A stretch of DNA of 64,000 nucleotides from Thraustochytrium aureum. Its lineage: Eukaryota. The stretch lies in the NCBI GenBank assembly GCA_012862495.1, contig BLSG01000080.1, positions 293,068-357,067 of the forward strand, read 5' to 3'. Positions 49,287 to 61,257 of the stretch are shown piece by piece (the first letter of the stretch is position 1; each line of letters begins with the position of its first letter). The position numbers and the translations under genes were made by a program. The notes under the pieces are model-generated. The model had not been told where the DNA came from and did not search any database. It saw nothing but the letters and a program-made list of their open reading frames with translations.

Positions 49287-52200
49287 GGAAAACTATCGTC
49301 CTCGACATCGACGGTATGATGTGCCAAAAGAACTGCGGCACGACCGTGACCAACGCCCTGAAGAGCTGCGCTGGTGTCGAGCACGTCGTGGTGAGCCACG
49401 CTGAGCACGGAGCCCTTGTAGAGGGCTCAGCATCTGCGGAAGACCTGATCAGCGCCGTGGAAATGATGGGCTTTGACGCAACAGAGGTGACCGAGCCCGC
49501 CTCGAGGGCTGGAAGACTCGCGAGGCTTCAGGCTTTGCCGGCCTCTAGGACGGAAGACGGGTCGAGCTCTTCGGATTCGTCGCAGGGGTCGGTGGACCAG
49601 CTGCTGTCCATGTCGTCGCGGCTTCACTCCGTCTCTAGCGGGGACTCGTCCCACACGGCGGGCTACACGGACGTGGCCCTTAATATTATCGGAGACGACG
49701 CGGCTATGGCCGCCGCAGCAGAGCCTTCGACGCAGCGGCGGCGCGCGGAGATCGCAATAAGCGGCATGACCTGCGCTTCGTGCGTGGCCAACGTGGAGCG
49801 CAACTTGCCAAACGTGGACGGCATATTTGCAGTATCCGTGGCGCTGATCGCAGAGAAGGCCTCTGTCGAGTACGACGCGGCGCGCATGAGCGGCGCCGAC
49901 ATTGCTGCCGCGGTGGACAAGCTTGGCTACAAGGCGACCGTTGTCGACGACAATCTTCCTTGCGACCAGGCGACGCAAGGCGTCGGGACCCTGACGCTCC
50001 TGGTGCGCAACGTGCGGCGTGGCGACGCCGAGGCGAGCCTGGTTGAGCCCGTGCGGGACCTCTGTGGCGTTCTAGCTGTATCGTTCGACGAGCAGCACTC
50101 CCTGCTCAAGATCCGCCACCAGAACGTGTCGATCGGAGCCCGCGACTTGTTCGAATTTGTGTCGCGCTCCGGCTTTCTTTGCGAGCTGGCCTCGAACGAC
50201 CTATCAGGGGCCAGCGGAGACGACGCGGCCACATATTTTCAGCGCATGTTTTACGGATCGCTGATCTTTACGATTCCCGTGGTCTTCCTGAGCATGGTGT
50301 GCCCGCACATTCCCGCCGCCATGGTGATCCTCGACAAACCAACGGGCATCGGGATCTCTTGGCATGCCTTCTTGCTTTGGACGCTGACCACGCCGGTCCA
50401 GTTTTACTTTGGCGCCCGCTTCTACCGCAACGCCTTCAAGGCTCTGAGCCACGGCAACGCCAACATGGACGTATTGGTGGTTCTCGGCACGAGCGCGGCG
50501 TACCTGTACTCGATGCTTTCCCTACTCATTTCTATCTTTCGCGGCCACCAGACGGACGATGTCCGCAGCGACGCGCACTTTTTCGAGACCTCGGCGATGC
50601 TAATCACCTTCATCCTTCTCGGCAAGTTCCTCGAGTCTGCGGCCCGCACGCGCACCGCAGGCGCGATTACCGCCCTGATGGACATGCAGGTCGAGACCGC
50701 GATCCTGTGCCCGCAAGGCCCTGGTGCCGAGGAGCGCGCCCAGATGCTGGGCAACCCTGCTGACCTCACGAAGGGGGCCGACTCGGAGTGCGTCATTGAC
50801 TTGCGCCTCGTCCAGGTGGGCGACATCCTCAAGGTGCTGCCAGGCCACCGGTCCCCGTCGACGGCGTGGTGACGTCGGGCAACTCGACCGTGGACGAGTC
50901 GATGCTCACAGGCGAGCCCGTGCCAGTGGACAAGCGCGTCGACTCGGCCGTGACGGGCTGCACAGTGAACGGGCACGGCATGTTTTACATGCGCGCCACG
51001 CGCGTTGGCGCCGACACTGCGATCGCGCAAATCATGAAGCTCGTGGAGGACGCGCAGACCTCCAAGGCGCCCATCCAAGAGTACGCGGACAGGATCTCAA
51101 AGTACTTTGTCCCTGCGGTTGTCCTCCTGGCGGTGCTGACGTGGGTCGTGTGGAGCGTCGTTCTGGCCTCCGGCACTGCGAGCTATCTCCAAGGCCTGAC
51201 CATGAGCCAGCAGGTCGTTTTCGCCTTCAAGTTCGGCGTGGCAGTCCTCGTCATTTCCTGCCCTTGCGCGCTCGGATTGGCTACGCCTACGGCCGTCATG
51301 GTCAGCACCGGCGTCGGCGCGCAGCACGGCATCCTGATCAAGGCGGGGATGCCATCGAGGCGGGCTCCAAGATCACCGCTGTGGTCTTTGACAAGACGGG
51401 CACCATCACCAAGGGCAAGCCCACGGTGAGCGAGGTGCTCAACATCGGTTGCCGGAGCGAGCTGGAGTTTCTCGCGCTCGTCGGCACCGCGGAGCGCGCC
51501 AGCGAGCACCCCGTGGCCAAGGCGATCACGGCGCACGCGCGAGAGCGCGGCGCGCAGGTGCTCGGCGCGCCAAGCGACTTTGAGGCGCTCCCCGGGCTCG
51601 GGATCGACTGCAAGTTCGCGGACGGCGTTCGCGTCCTCGTGGGCAACCGCAAGCTGATGAAGCTCAACAAGGTCGAGGTTTCGCCGGCGCTCCTCAAGTT
51701 CCTCGCCGACAACGAGGCGCAGGGCACGGTTGTGCTGGCGGCCGCCTCGCGCGCGCCCGAGGCCCCGCTGGAGTTGGTCGGAGGCGTGGCCGTTTGCGAC
51801 CCGATCAACGAGAACGCCAGCTACGTCGTTTCGCTGCTCCGCTCGCTCAACGTCAAGGTGTACATGCTGTCTGGCGACAACACCACCACGGCGCACGCCG
51901 TGGCGCAGCTCTGCGGCATCCCGCCAGAGCGCGTTTTTGCCAACTGTCTCCCCAAGCAAAAGTCCAACAGGATTGCCAAGCTGCAGGCCGCCGGCGAGGT
52001 CGTGGCGATGGTGGGCGACGGGGTGAACGACGCGGCTGCCCTCACGCTGGCCGACCTCGGCATCGCGATCGGGGCCGGCACGGACATCGCAATCAAGTCG
52101 GCGGATGTTGTTCTTATCCGGAGCAACTTGCTCGATGTGCCGGTCTTCCTTCATCTCGCGCGCCGCACGATCCAGCGGATCAAGCTCAACTTCTTCTTCA

Positions 52201-52613
52201 GCTTCGTTTACAATGCTCTGTGCATCCCGCTCGCGGCCGGCATCTTCTACCCAGCGTTCCACCTGGGTCTGCCGCCGGCGCTCGCCGGGTTTATGATGGC
52301 CATGTCGTCCGTGACCGTGGTCTGCAGCTCGCTCCTCCTGAAATACTACAAGCCGCCGCAGATCATGGACGTGGACTTTGACAAGCCAAGCTCGCTCTCG
52401 CGCCGCGGCTCGATCCACCGCACGGCCTCTGGCGCATCTTTGCACAATTCCTCGGACAGCGGTGAAGATGAGACGCCTGGTTTGGGCCATGTTATTTCCG
52501 CCCCGAGTTTCGTGCCGCGCGTTTTGAAGAAAGGCTACAAGCGCATCGCGGGGGGCTCGCCCACGCGGGCGGGCTCCAGCGAGCATGCGCTCGAGCCGCT
52601 GTCTGCTGTGTAA
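49287..52613 (+). CDS. Copper-transporting P1B-1 ATPase (ATP7/CCC2-like); 5' end in gap; frameshifts near 50850 and 51343
   Basis: HMA motifs GMMCQKNC and [64 protein letters not shown]. Confidence 0.96.
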
Positions 52614-53449
52614 AAGAACTGGATTTGTTTTATTTTTGAACCTTCCTGACATCGCGATGTTGCCCTGTGCACGTCTTCGAAAGAAACGAAACCGGCTGGC
52701 GCTCGCGAACAGAAAATGACCAGCAGGGTGGCAGTCGTCGAATCAGAAGAGTACAAACAATCAGAATATGGTAGCTCGCTTAGCGTCTCGGGGTGCCTGA
52801 GCCGGGGCAGCCAACGGGCCTTGCCGGGGTTCGGCGCGTGCTCCTGCTCGGGCNNNNNNNNNNNNNNNNNNNNNNNNNNNNNNNNNNNNNNNNNNNNNNN
52901 NNNNNNNNNNNNNNNNNNNNNNNNNNNNNNNNNNNNNNNNNNNNNNNNNNNNNNNNNNNNNNNNNNNNNNNNNNNNNNNNNNNNNNNNNNNNNNNNNNNN
53001 NNNNNNNNNNNNNNNNNNNNNNNNNNNNNNNNNNNNNNNNNNNNNNNNNNNNNNNNNNNNNNNNNNNNNNNNNNNNNNNNNNNNNNNNNNNNNNNNNNNN
53101 NNNNNNNNNNNNNNNNNNNNNNNNNNNNNNNNNNNNNNNNNNNNNNNNNNNNNNNNNNNNNNNNNNNNNNNNNNNNNNNNNNNNNNNNNNNNNNNNNNNN
53201 NNNNNNNNNNNNNNNNNNNNNNNNNNNNNNNNNNNNNNNNNNNNNNNNNNNNNNNNNNNNNNNNNNNNNNNNNNNNNNNNNNNNNNNNNNNNNNNNNNNN
53301 NNNNNNNNNNNNNNNNNNNNNNNNNNNNNNNNNNNNNNNNNNNNNNNNNNNNNNNNNNNNNNNNNNNNNNNNNNNNNNNNNNNNNNNNNNNNNNNNNNNN
53401 NNNNNNNNNNNNNNNNNNNNNNNNNNNNNNNNNNNNNNNNNNNNNNNNN

Positions 53450-54572
53450 ATCGCGTTGACCACCTTGTAAGAGTCAGGGACCGAGTAAACCACAAGGAGC
53501 CGCGTGCCCTCCTCCTCCGCCCAGATCGTGGCCCCCTTGACAACGAGCGCCTTGACGCGGTCCTTATCGCCCTCGGCCAGCGACGCCTCGGTGTAGAGCG
53601 TGGTCGAGGTCGTCGCGACTGTGATGGCCGACACCTTGCCAAAGTCCTCGAGAGGGTAGACGCATTTCGAGTTTCCCTTGCCTGTGGGCGTCTGGCGCGG
53701 CGGCGTCAGTGTTGACTTTGCAAGCACGTGCGCACGCGGTTGACGACAAAAACGACGTCCTGGTCAGCGGCATGCTGGCCACTGGGCCCGCCGTCCGGAA
53801 AGGAGCGCGTAAAGTGCACAACGCGCGTGTTTTCATCCGGCATGCTGCCTTCGACCGGCTTGAGCACAATCCCGCTCGTTTTGTGAAGGCGCTGCTGCGT
53901 CTCCTGTTTTGAGAAAGCGCGCCAAAACACGTCCGCGACGACCTCCGCTTTGTTCATGCCGCGCACCAGACAGTCAAATCGAAGGTTAAGCCTGGACCGA
54001 ACGCCTTGCTCGCGTTCGCCAAAGCACTCGCTGCTGAAGCGATAGCTCATTTGCACGTTCTGCACTGCGCCGACCTCGGCGAGGCATTCGGGGATGCGCA
54101 CGCGGAGCCAGTGCGCCTGGCTCTGCGAGACGAGGCTGGCCACGTACGCCTGCGCTGCTTCAGCGCCTTCCCTGTAGATGACCTCCTCGCGCCCGCGTTG
54201 CGAGGGCTGCGCCGCGCTCAGCGCCGTGAAGCGTGAAACAAACCGCTTGTGCTCTTCAATCTGCGCTCGGAGCAAGTCGTTCTCCGATGCCAGGTGCGGG
54301 TCCAGCGTGCTCAGCTGCTCGAGCGATTCCTTTTCGAGCTCCTGGATTTTCTCGAGGAACTCTGCGCGCTGCTCCTTGAGTTGCTCGTTCTCGGAGCGCA
54401 GCTCCAGCAGCTCTCGCTTTCTCCGCGCTCTCGTCTCCAGACTTAGCCCCTCTTCGCGCGCGCGTTGCCGTTCCCACGGCGTCAGACTATTATCCCTTTT
54501 CCGTTTCAGCGGGTACATCTCTTCCGGGCTCAGCCTCCGGCCGTCCAGCGTCAGTGCGCCATCGTCGTCCAT
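53450..54572 (-). CDS. bZIP-like transcription factor with C-terminal START-like alpha/beta domain (3' end in gap; frameshift near 53725)
   Basis: Basic region KRKR..RQRARE..ETRARRKRE followed by a Leu zipper (LLELRSENEQLKEQRAEFLEKIQEL), then a beta-rich domain (LNLRFDCLV..VVADVFWRAF..DVVFVVNR). Confidence 0.6.
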
Positions 54573-54579
54573 TCCAGGC

Positions 54580-54716
54580 CAGAGCAAGCCGAGCCGAGCA
54601 GAGCCGAGCAGAGCCGGGCAGAGCCGGGCAGGGCTGAGCAGGGCTGAGCCGGGCAGGGCTGAGCAGGTTGGATCAGAGCCGAGCAGGGCCGGTTGGAGAG
54701 CAGGGCCGGATGGATC
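54580..54716. repeat. Degenerate 5-bp microsatellite (GAGCC/GAGCA/GGGCA/GGGCT)
   Basis: Seen directly, immediately upstream of the bZIP-like gene start. Confidence 0.8.
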
Positions 54717-55399
54717 NNNNNNNNNNNNNNNNNNNNNNNNNNNNNNNNNNNNNNNNNNNNNNNNNNNNNNNNNNNNNNNNNNNNNNNNNNNNNNNNNNNN
54801 NNGAATGCGCCGCCGATCCGCTACCCGCCCAAGCCGCTGGTCCCCGCACGCGCTCTCGCCCTCCCCGCCTTGGCGCCCGCCTCTCTGCTGTCTGCCTGGC
54901 TGCCTTCCTCGGGCAACCCGCACGCGTTTCGTGTCTGCGGCCACGCAGCTCCCCTTCTCGCGGGATTGCGCATTCCTCCCACTCGCTCTCTCCAACGCAG
55001 CTAAAACTGGCATCCAATACAAAAAGACAGCCCACCCGCGCACCGTCAACAGCGGCTCTCCAGTATATCGCTCGAGCCCGCGGCCAGGTCAAGGGCCCTC
55101 ACAGGCGCGTGCGCTCCCTCTCCCCCATGTTCCAATTCCGCTTGCAGAGCCAATTCAATCGATTAGCCTGCACGTGCTCCGCGGCGTTTAACCGATTGAA
55201 CGCCGTGGCGCCCAGAGGACGGATCGAGGGCGGCGGGGATTGCGTAACGGATCGTTTTTTTCGTCAGAATTCTGTTCTGGTTTTTGGCGAGCAGCAGGCA
55301 GGCCATCAAGCCAGGCAGGCAGGCCATCAAGCCAGGCAGGCAGGCAGGCAGGCGCTTGAGCACGGCTGCGGCGAGGCCGCGGGTCGCGCGAGAGTGGCG

Positions 55400-57771
55400 A
55401 TGTCGGGCCCGCTTGGTGGCGCGCCTCCTGGCAGGTACAAGACGCGGCGGGAGCGCGAGGAGGACGCCAAGGCGAACCGGCGCTTCGACAAGTTTTACAA
55501 GGTGTTCGCGACGAGCCGCGTGGTGCGCAACGCGCTGCGCCAAGGGTTCTTGTCCACCGAGGACCCGGCGAGAGCGCTCGGACAGCTGCACGAAGAGCGC
55601 GAGAGGGCGGCGGGGCTGGCGAGATCGGAGCAAGCCGCGAAAGCGCGCGAGGGCATCCCGGAGGCGCTGCAGATCGTCGTGGACTTGCAAGGCAGCGACG
55701 GGCGGTGGCCTGCAGGCTGTCAGCAGCTCGACGAAGCGTTGGGGAGCGGCCACGGCGTGCCCGACCCGCCAGAAGGCATAGTGGCGTGGAAGTGGACCTG
55801 CGCACTCTGCGTGGCGTTCATTCGGCGGCATCCGACCTATTTCGAGTTTTCGAGCGCCGCGTACAACAAAGGCGTTTTTCTCGTCCCAGACCACACTCTC
55901 CTCGATGCGGCAAAGGCCCAGCTGCCTCCAGACGACCTCCCGATTCAGCTAGACCCCGCGCTGGTTCGCGCCGGCAAATGGCAAGAGGCCGCACGAGGTC
56001 TGCTCCAGCGCGACGGATTCCAGGCCTTTCTGAAACCCACAACAAAGCAGCAGGGCGGCGACGAGGACGCCTCTGCTTGCCCGAGCGCAACAGAAAGCAA
56101 GCACGGCGCGCCAAGGGCGTACCAGCTTCAAGCTCCGACGCCAGAGTTGCTTCCGCGAGAAATCGAGAGCCGGCTTTGGCGAGCCAACGCTCTCCGCAAC
56201 ATGGGTATGGCGCGGCTGCGCGTTTCGGAGCGGCACGATTTCCGCCACGGCAGCGAGCGCGTCGCCTTGAGCGCAGCGCGTCCTTTGGAGCAGAGCCTGC
56301 CAATATTTTCGTCCCTGGCAGACCAGCTCGCCGCTGACAACCAGGCAATGATTGACGCTGTATTCCCAGACGCGGACATGCGCAAAGGCGTCTACCGTGC
56401 ACAGGACATGCTCGATGTTGCACCACCACCTATTGCATCTTCAGTCTTAAGTGCCGAAACGACCAACAGGGCATCGACGGGTGCCCTGCACTGTGCAGAG
56501 CTTGAGCTCGGCGACGGCGCGTCAGAGACCAAGGAGCAGGAGCAAGAACAGGACCCAGTAGCCGCGATCCGCGACGAAACCCAGGCCGCCCTTGTGGGCT
56601 TGATGAAAGCGGCGGCAGCGCGCGCTGGTCGTGGCCTGCCTGATTCTTCGCACGCTGAAATGGTGGATGCCGTGCTTGAGCACGAACTGCACCTCGAACG
56701 CGAGATGGACATCCTCGAGCGCCGCGAGCGCCGCGGCGTCAAGGGCGCAGCGCAGGAGCTCGCCAAGCGCTGGACCAAACCGCTGACACTGGAGCAAGAG
56801 CGGCGTCGGCTCGAGCGCGCCAACTTGCCCTCGCCGCGGCCCTCGTGGGACGCGAGAACTGGCGCAGGCAGCGCCACGAGCTCTTCTAGGGGTGTTTGCA
56901 AGGGCAAGCGGGGGCGCCGGGGCCACGAGCAGAGTCGGGCGCCTGTCAGCAGCCTCTGCTCTTCCGCCCACCTCGATGGCGAGCAAGCCGCGCCGCCAGG
57001 CGACGGGCTCAGCTTTGCCGCCCGCCAACGCGACCTCGAGCAAAAGCTGCAGATCGAGCGGCTCGGCGACCAGGTAGATCGCCGCCTCTCTGTCCTGATC
57101 AAACGCGCAAACGCGTACGAAGCAGCCGTCGCGCGTTTGCGCAAGGCGCTGCCAATCGGCTCGCGCACCTATTCGGAGGCCGTCGCGCAAGCTGAGAAAC
57201 AGCACGCCTTCGACGAGCTCACGGCCGAGTTGGCCACCGCAAGGCTTGCAACTTGCGCGCTCGTCGAGGCCATCGTGGCTTGGCGGGCCGCCAACATGGA
57301 GGTTTTCGCTGTCAGCGATCCTCGAGACGCGGCCAACCGCGCCTCCAAGCTGACATTCATTTGGGGCGGCGACAACATCCTGCTTCGTGTTGCCAACAAC
57401 ATCGACTTTCTGCACAGCTCGAAGGAGCTCCGCTCGTGGTACGGTGACAAGCTCCCGCTACGGCGCAACCCGTTCATGGTTGCTGTCCCCTTCGAGCAGC
57501 GGCCTGCCACACCGCGCAGCGCTACGCGAAAGGTGCTGGTTGACGGCAAGCAAGTGACTCGCGTCTCGCCGAGCTGGCTGCCCGGCGGGAGGTGGACGTG
57601 GCGCAACTTGAGGCGGCATGGGACCAGATTTCGGGGGGCGCTTCGTGGTGGCCCAGGTGCTCGCGCGATTTGTGGGCCCGCATCCGCGTCGCTGAGAAAG
57701 TTCTGCTCGCCGAGCTTGAGGCGCACCGTTCGTTCCGCAAGCAGGTTGGCGCAGCGGAGCCCGCCGCGTAG
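55400..57771 (+). CDS. Large hypothetical protein (VWA5A-C-terminus-like helical module, coiled coils, FxWxGxN..DFL..NPF motif); frameshift near 57570
   Basis: Long open frame. LQIVVDLQGSDGRW..WTCALCVAFI..AYNKG and FIWGGDNILLRVANNIDFL..RNPF. An alternative frame ends RIRVAEKVLLAELEAH..EPAA* at 57771. Confidence 0.65.
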
Positions 57772-58140
57772 GTCCTCGGCGTTTGTGCGCCAACTACGGC
57801 GGAGACGCTAATGCTTGGAACGGGCATCTGCGCGCGACGGAAGCCGTGTGCTAAAGACCCCCGACTCGGAACCGGGAAGCACAACCAAAACGCTAAAGCC
57901 GGCGAAGTGCCTGGCAAGTGATGGCCTTCGACGTTGGCGCGAAACATCCCATCCGTGTGGCGAACTCGTTGACGATCAGCCGGATCGCAAGGGTCTGGAC
58001 AAAGAGAAGCAGGCGATGGCACTGTTTGCGAATCGTCTTCGTGAAGGTAATGAAATTATTTTATGTACTGGTACTCCCGCCGCGCCGACGTCAGCAGGCC
58101 CTTTGCCGATGGTACTTACATTCGCACAGTCGACGCCGCG

Positions 58141-59510
58141 CTACACCTCCAGACCAGCTCCTGCGCCAGCCAGGTCGGTTCGCGAGCGTGGCACGACTTC
58201 AGCAAAGGCCGGGCCAGGGTCCCTGTCGCATGCGGCCTGCAGCGTCATATAAAGCGGCTCGGCAGCCTTGGGCCGCGGGGCGCGGCCAGAAAGAAGCTCT
58301 CGCGGCTCGTAGCGCTTGCCGTAAAACCGGAGGTTGACGTCGGCCCGCTCCACAATGAGCGCGCCCTCGAGCGAGACGCCGGCGAAAAGGCCCTTGGACT
58401 GCGAGTAGCTGAAGCATGGCGCGCCGCCGCCGTCGCCAACGTTGATGTTGGCCTCGCCGGTGCGGCCCAAGGGCCCCGCTGCAATGCCAATTTGGGAGCC
58501 CAACGAAACCTGCTTTTGGCCAGCGAACGCGTCCACCGCTGACTCGGTGTTCTGCGTCGGGCGCCAGTTAGCCGCCAGCTGCCCACAAACACGCAAGCAC
58601 GCAGGCAGGCAAGACCGAAAGCGCGCAAGCAGCAAGGACGCGGCGCGCTGGCGCTCTCCACGTTCAGGAGCAAACGTACCAGAATTATCACAAAGGTGGT
58701 AACCTCGCCGCCGATCTGCGCGCCCCACCCCATCCCGGCGAGACCGATGGCACTCGGCGCCGTCCACGAGCCCTGCCGATCGCGCCCAACAACAATCCCC
58801 GTTCCAAAACGCCCTGTGAAGAGGATGCCCGCTTTGACAACCGTTAAAAAGCACAAGCCCTTTGCCTGCCTCAGCAGCAGCGTCGGAATGTATTCGTCCT
58901 GCAACAGCCGTTGCGGGCTGTCGGCAAAGAAGCTCTCGACAGACTGGCATGCCTTTTTGATCTCGGCCGACATGGAGAAGCTCAACGGGTTGGCGAAAAA
59001 GGTCCCGTTCTCCTCCCGCAAATCCAAGCTCCGCGTCGCGTTGCTCATCGTTGCGGCCAGCTCATCCTGCAGCGGCTCCAAGGCCGGGACGCAGGACTGG
59101 CAGACGCGCTGCGGCTCGCGCACACCAAAGCTGGAGGGCAGGAGCCGGAATTGGTTCGAGCACTTGCTGCACACGCATGCGCCACAGTACCTGCAGTGGT
59201 GCCGCCGCCTCAAGAAGGTGAACTCGGCCTTGCAGCCCATGCAGCTCGCGCAGGCCTCATCTGGTACCCAGGCGGTGCCGCCAGTAGCCCCCGTTTTGTC
59301 CACCGCGCCGCTCCCAAACATGTACCACGGCTTGGCGCTGTCAAACTTGAATTGGGGCTCTTCANNNNNNNNNNNNNNNNNNNNNNNNNNNNNNNNNNNN
59401 NNNNNNNNNNNNNNNNNNNNNNNNNNNNNNNNNNNNTCGTCCCGCCCCGCTGCACTCGCCCCTGCAGGGCGCAGTGCGGCCGCAGCAGCACTGGCCTGCA
59501 CGCCTTCCAT
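58141..59510 (-). CDS. FYVE + SYLF/Ysc84 (SH3YL1-like) lipid/actin-binding protein; one 128-nt intron (58552-58679)
   Basis: FYVE: WVPDE..CMGC..RRRHHCRYCG..VCSKCS..RVCQSC. SYLF: AKGLCFLTVVKAGILFTGRFGTGIVV..SWTAPSAI..GWGAQIGGE..FSYSQSKGLFAGVSLEG..N.RFYG. Removing the intron GTACGT..GCTAAC..CAG restores the frame exactly. Confidence 0.93.
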
Positions 59511-60189
59511 GTGCTGCTCCCTCGAGCGATCAGCTCGCTCGCGGTCGTCCGCCACCGGCACGGCAACTGGGACGTTGTGTCCAGGGTAGTCCGTGTTCCA
59601 TCCCAGCCCGCAGGGCGCCGAGAGCGCGGCGGCCACGCCTCACTCACTCACTCGGTCGCGCAGCAGTGGCGACCAGCTGCCCACCAGCCCGCCTGCCTGC
59701 CTGCCTGCCTGCCTGCGTGCCTGCCGTTTGGGACGGCGCGCGCAACGCTTCATGGAGGTCTGCCGACGTGGATGTTGAGCTCGCGACTTGGCCTGTGCAA
59801 TGCCGCCATGAGGATGGAGGGGCTCGTGCAGGTCCGCTGCGCGGCAGCGCGGCGTCCTGCCTTGGCTGCTCGCTGTCGAGCACTGCGTGCGCAGGTGTGT
59901 TTGTTTGTCGGCTGCCGCGAGAGACGGAGAGAGGGCGCAGCTTGGTGCAGGCGGGGACGAGGAGGGCCCGGATGGACGCAGCCCGCTCTCGCCGCAAGCA
60001 ACACGTAGCAGCTGAGGGAGCAGCAGCAGCAGCAGCAGCAGAAGCTCGCGCGGGCTCGAGAGCGCGTTCTGCGGCCGAGGCCGGGCCCCGGCGGGGAAGT
60101 GCAAGCGGCTCTCGACCGCCCTGCGCTTCCGGAAAATGCGGGCGGCCAGGTCCAAGGCGAGGCTTTGTCTACTCTAGTAGCTACAGGGG

Positions 60190-61257
60190 TCAAATCGCGC
60201 AGGAAATGCTGTCGCTCAGAATGTGGCGGCCGCCCCGGCTTCCTCGAGCCGGTGGGGCCAAGCGGCGTTCGTGCCTTGGCGCTGACTCGGGCTCGCCGTT
60301 GTCGCGCGGCTGGGCTTGGCGCGTAAACAGCGAGAAGAACTCGCTCGTCGAACGAGGACGTGTAGTGCTCTCTCGCTCAGCTGCACTCGGTGCAGTGGGT
60401 GCCGCGTCCTCGATAGGCGGCGGCGGCGGCGGGAGATCGGCGAGCTTTTGCACCGCGGCCCTTGCCAACGTGTACGCCTCGGCCTTGGCTTGAACGGTGT
60501 TGCTCGTGCGCGGCGACCGCCGTGAGTGCAGGTCGGGGGGCCAGCCCGTCACCGACGCCGGCCGGGACGGCCTGCGCGTCACCGGCTGCGAGAAGCGCTT
60601 CATCAACAAGGTGCCGAGCGGGCCGCCGACGCGTTCGTGGATGTCCGAGGCGCCACCGCTCGCAACGGTTCGCTGCGAAAGTAGTCTTCGGCGCCCTCCA
60701 GGCCCGCTGTTCATTCTGCCGTTGGGCCGCCGTCGGCGGGCAACCGCAAGAAACAGAATGCCGAAAGCCAAGACCGAGAAAGCGCCGCCGATCGCTGCCC
60801 CGGCATTGAATTCGTTGCTTGATCTGATACGGGCCTCAGCTGGCAGGTTTGGGCCGGGATCCGCGCCTCCTCCGCCGGGGCCGTCGCCGCCAGAGTTTGG
60901 CGACGTGCTTGGCTGGGCTGTCGGTCCTGGCTGGCGTGAAGGGGAAAGGCTCGGCGATGCGCTAGCCGAAGAGCCGGGAGCCGCGATCGGCGCTGCGCTG
61001 GGAGCCGCCGATAGTGCCACTGTTGTCAGCGCTTGGGTTGGGGCTGGGGTGCGTCGCTTTGTTGGGCTTCTGGTAGGTTGTTTCGTCCTGCCCTTTCTGG
61101 TTGGAGACCGCGTTGGCGAGTCCGTTTTTCGCGTGAACGCCCTGGTCGCCGGCATCGCAAGCGTCGTAGGGACTGCGGTTGCGCTGCGCGACGGCGCTGC
61201 CAGCGAGACGACGGCAAACGCTGGTATCAGGATCAACCAGGCAGCAGATAGCCGCAT
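60190..61257 (-). CDS. Type I membrane protein with Pro/Thr/Ser-rich mucin-like ectodomain
   Basis: Signal peptide MRLSAAWLILIPAFAVVSLA, PTRSPT repeats, TM AAIGGAFSVLAFGILFLAVA followed by RRRR. Confidence 0.75.
   Translation of the reverse strand: MRLSAAWLILIPAFAVVSLAAPSRSATAVPTTLAMPATRAFTRKTDSPTRSPTRKGRTKQPTRSPTKRRTPAPTQALTTVALSAAPSAAPIAAPGSSASASPSLSPSRQPGPTAQPSTSPNSGGDGPGGGGADPGPNLPAEARIRSSNEFNAGAAIGGAFSVLAFGILFLAVARRRRPNGRMNSGPGGRRRLLSQRTVASGGASDIHERVGGPLGTLLMKRFSQPVTRRPSRPASVTGWPPDLHSRRSPRTSNTVQAKAEAYTLARAAVQKLADLPPPPPPIEDAAPTAPSAAERESTTRPRSTSEFFSLFTRQAQPRDNGEPESAPRHERRLAPPARGSRGGRHILSDSISCAI

Noticed and set aside
2550..57600. Frameshifts in most genes, suggesting pervasive programmed frameshifting, RNA editing or pseudogenisation
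   Set aside because: The inspected sites are mostly single-base gains or losses in or beside homopolymers, in both directions and with no shared motif (6973 G-run, 33388 T-run, 37846 A-run, 50850 and 51343 G-runs). They hit essential genes with intact motifs, which is typical of unpolished consensus errors.
1744..59510. Apparent actin/cilia gene cluster (Costars, cofilin, SYLF, ARL6-like, BBOF1-like)
   Set aside because: The genes are interspersed with unrelated housekeeping genes over 58 kb; no evidence of co-regulation.
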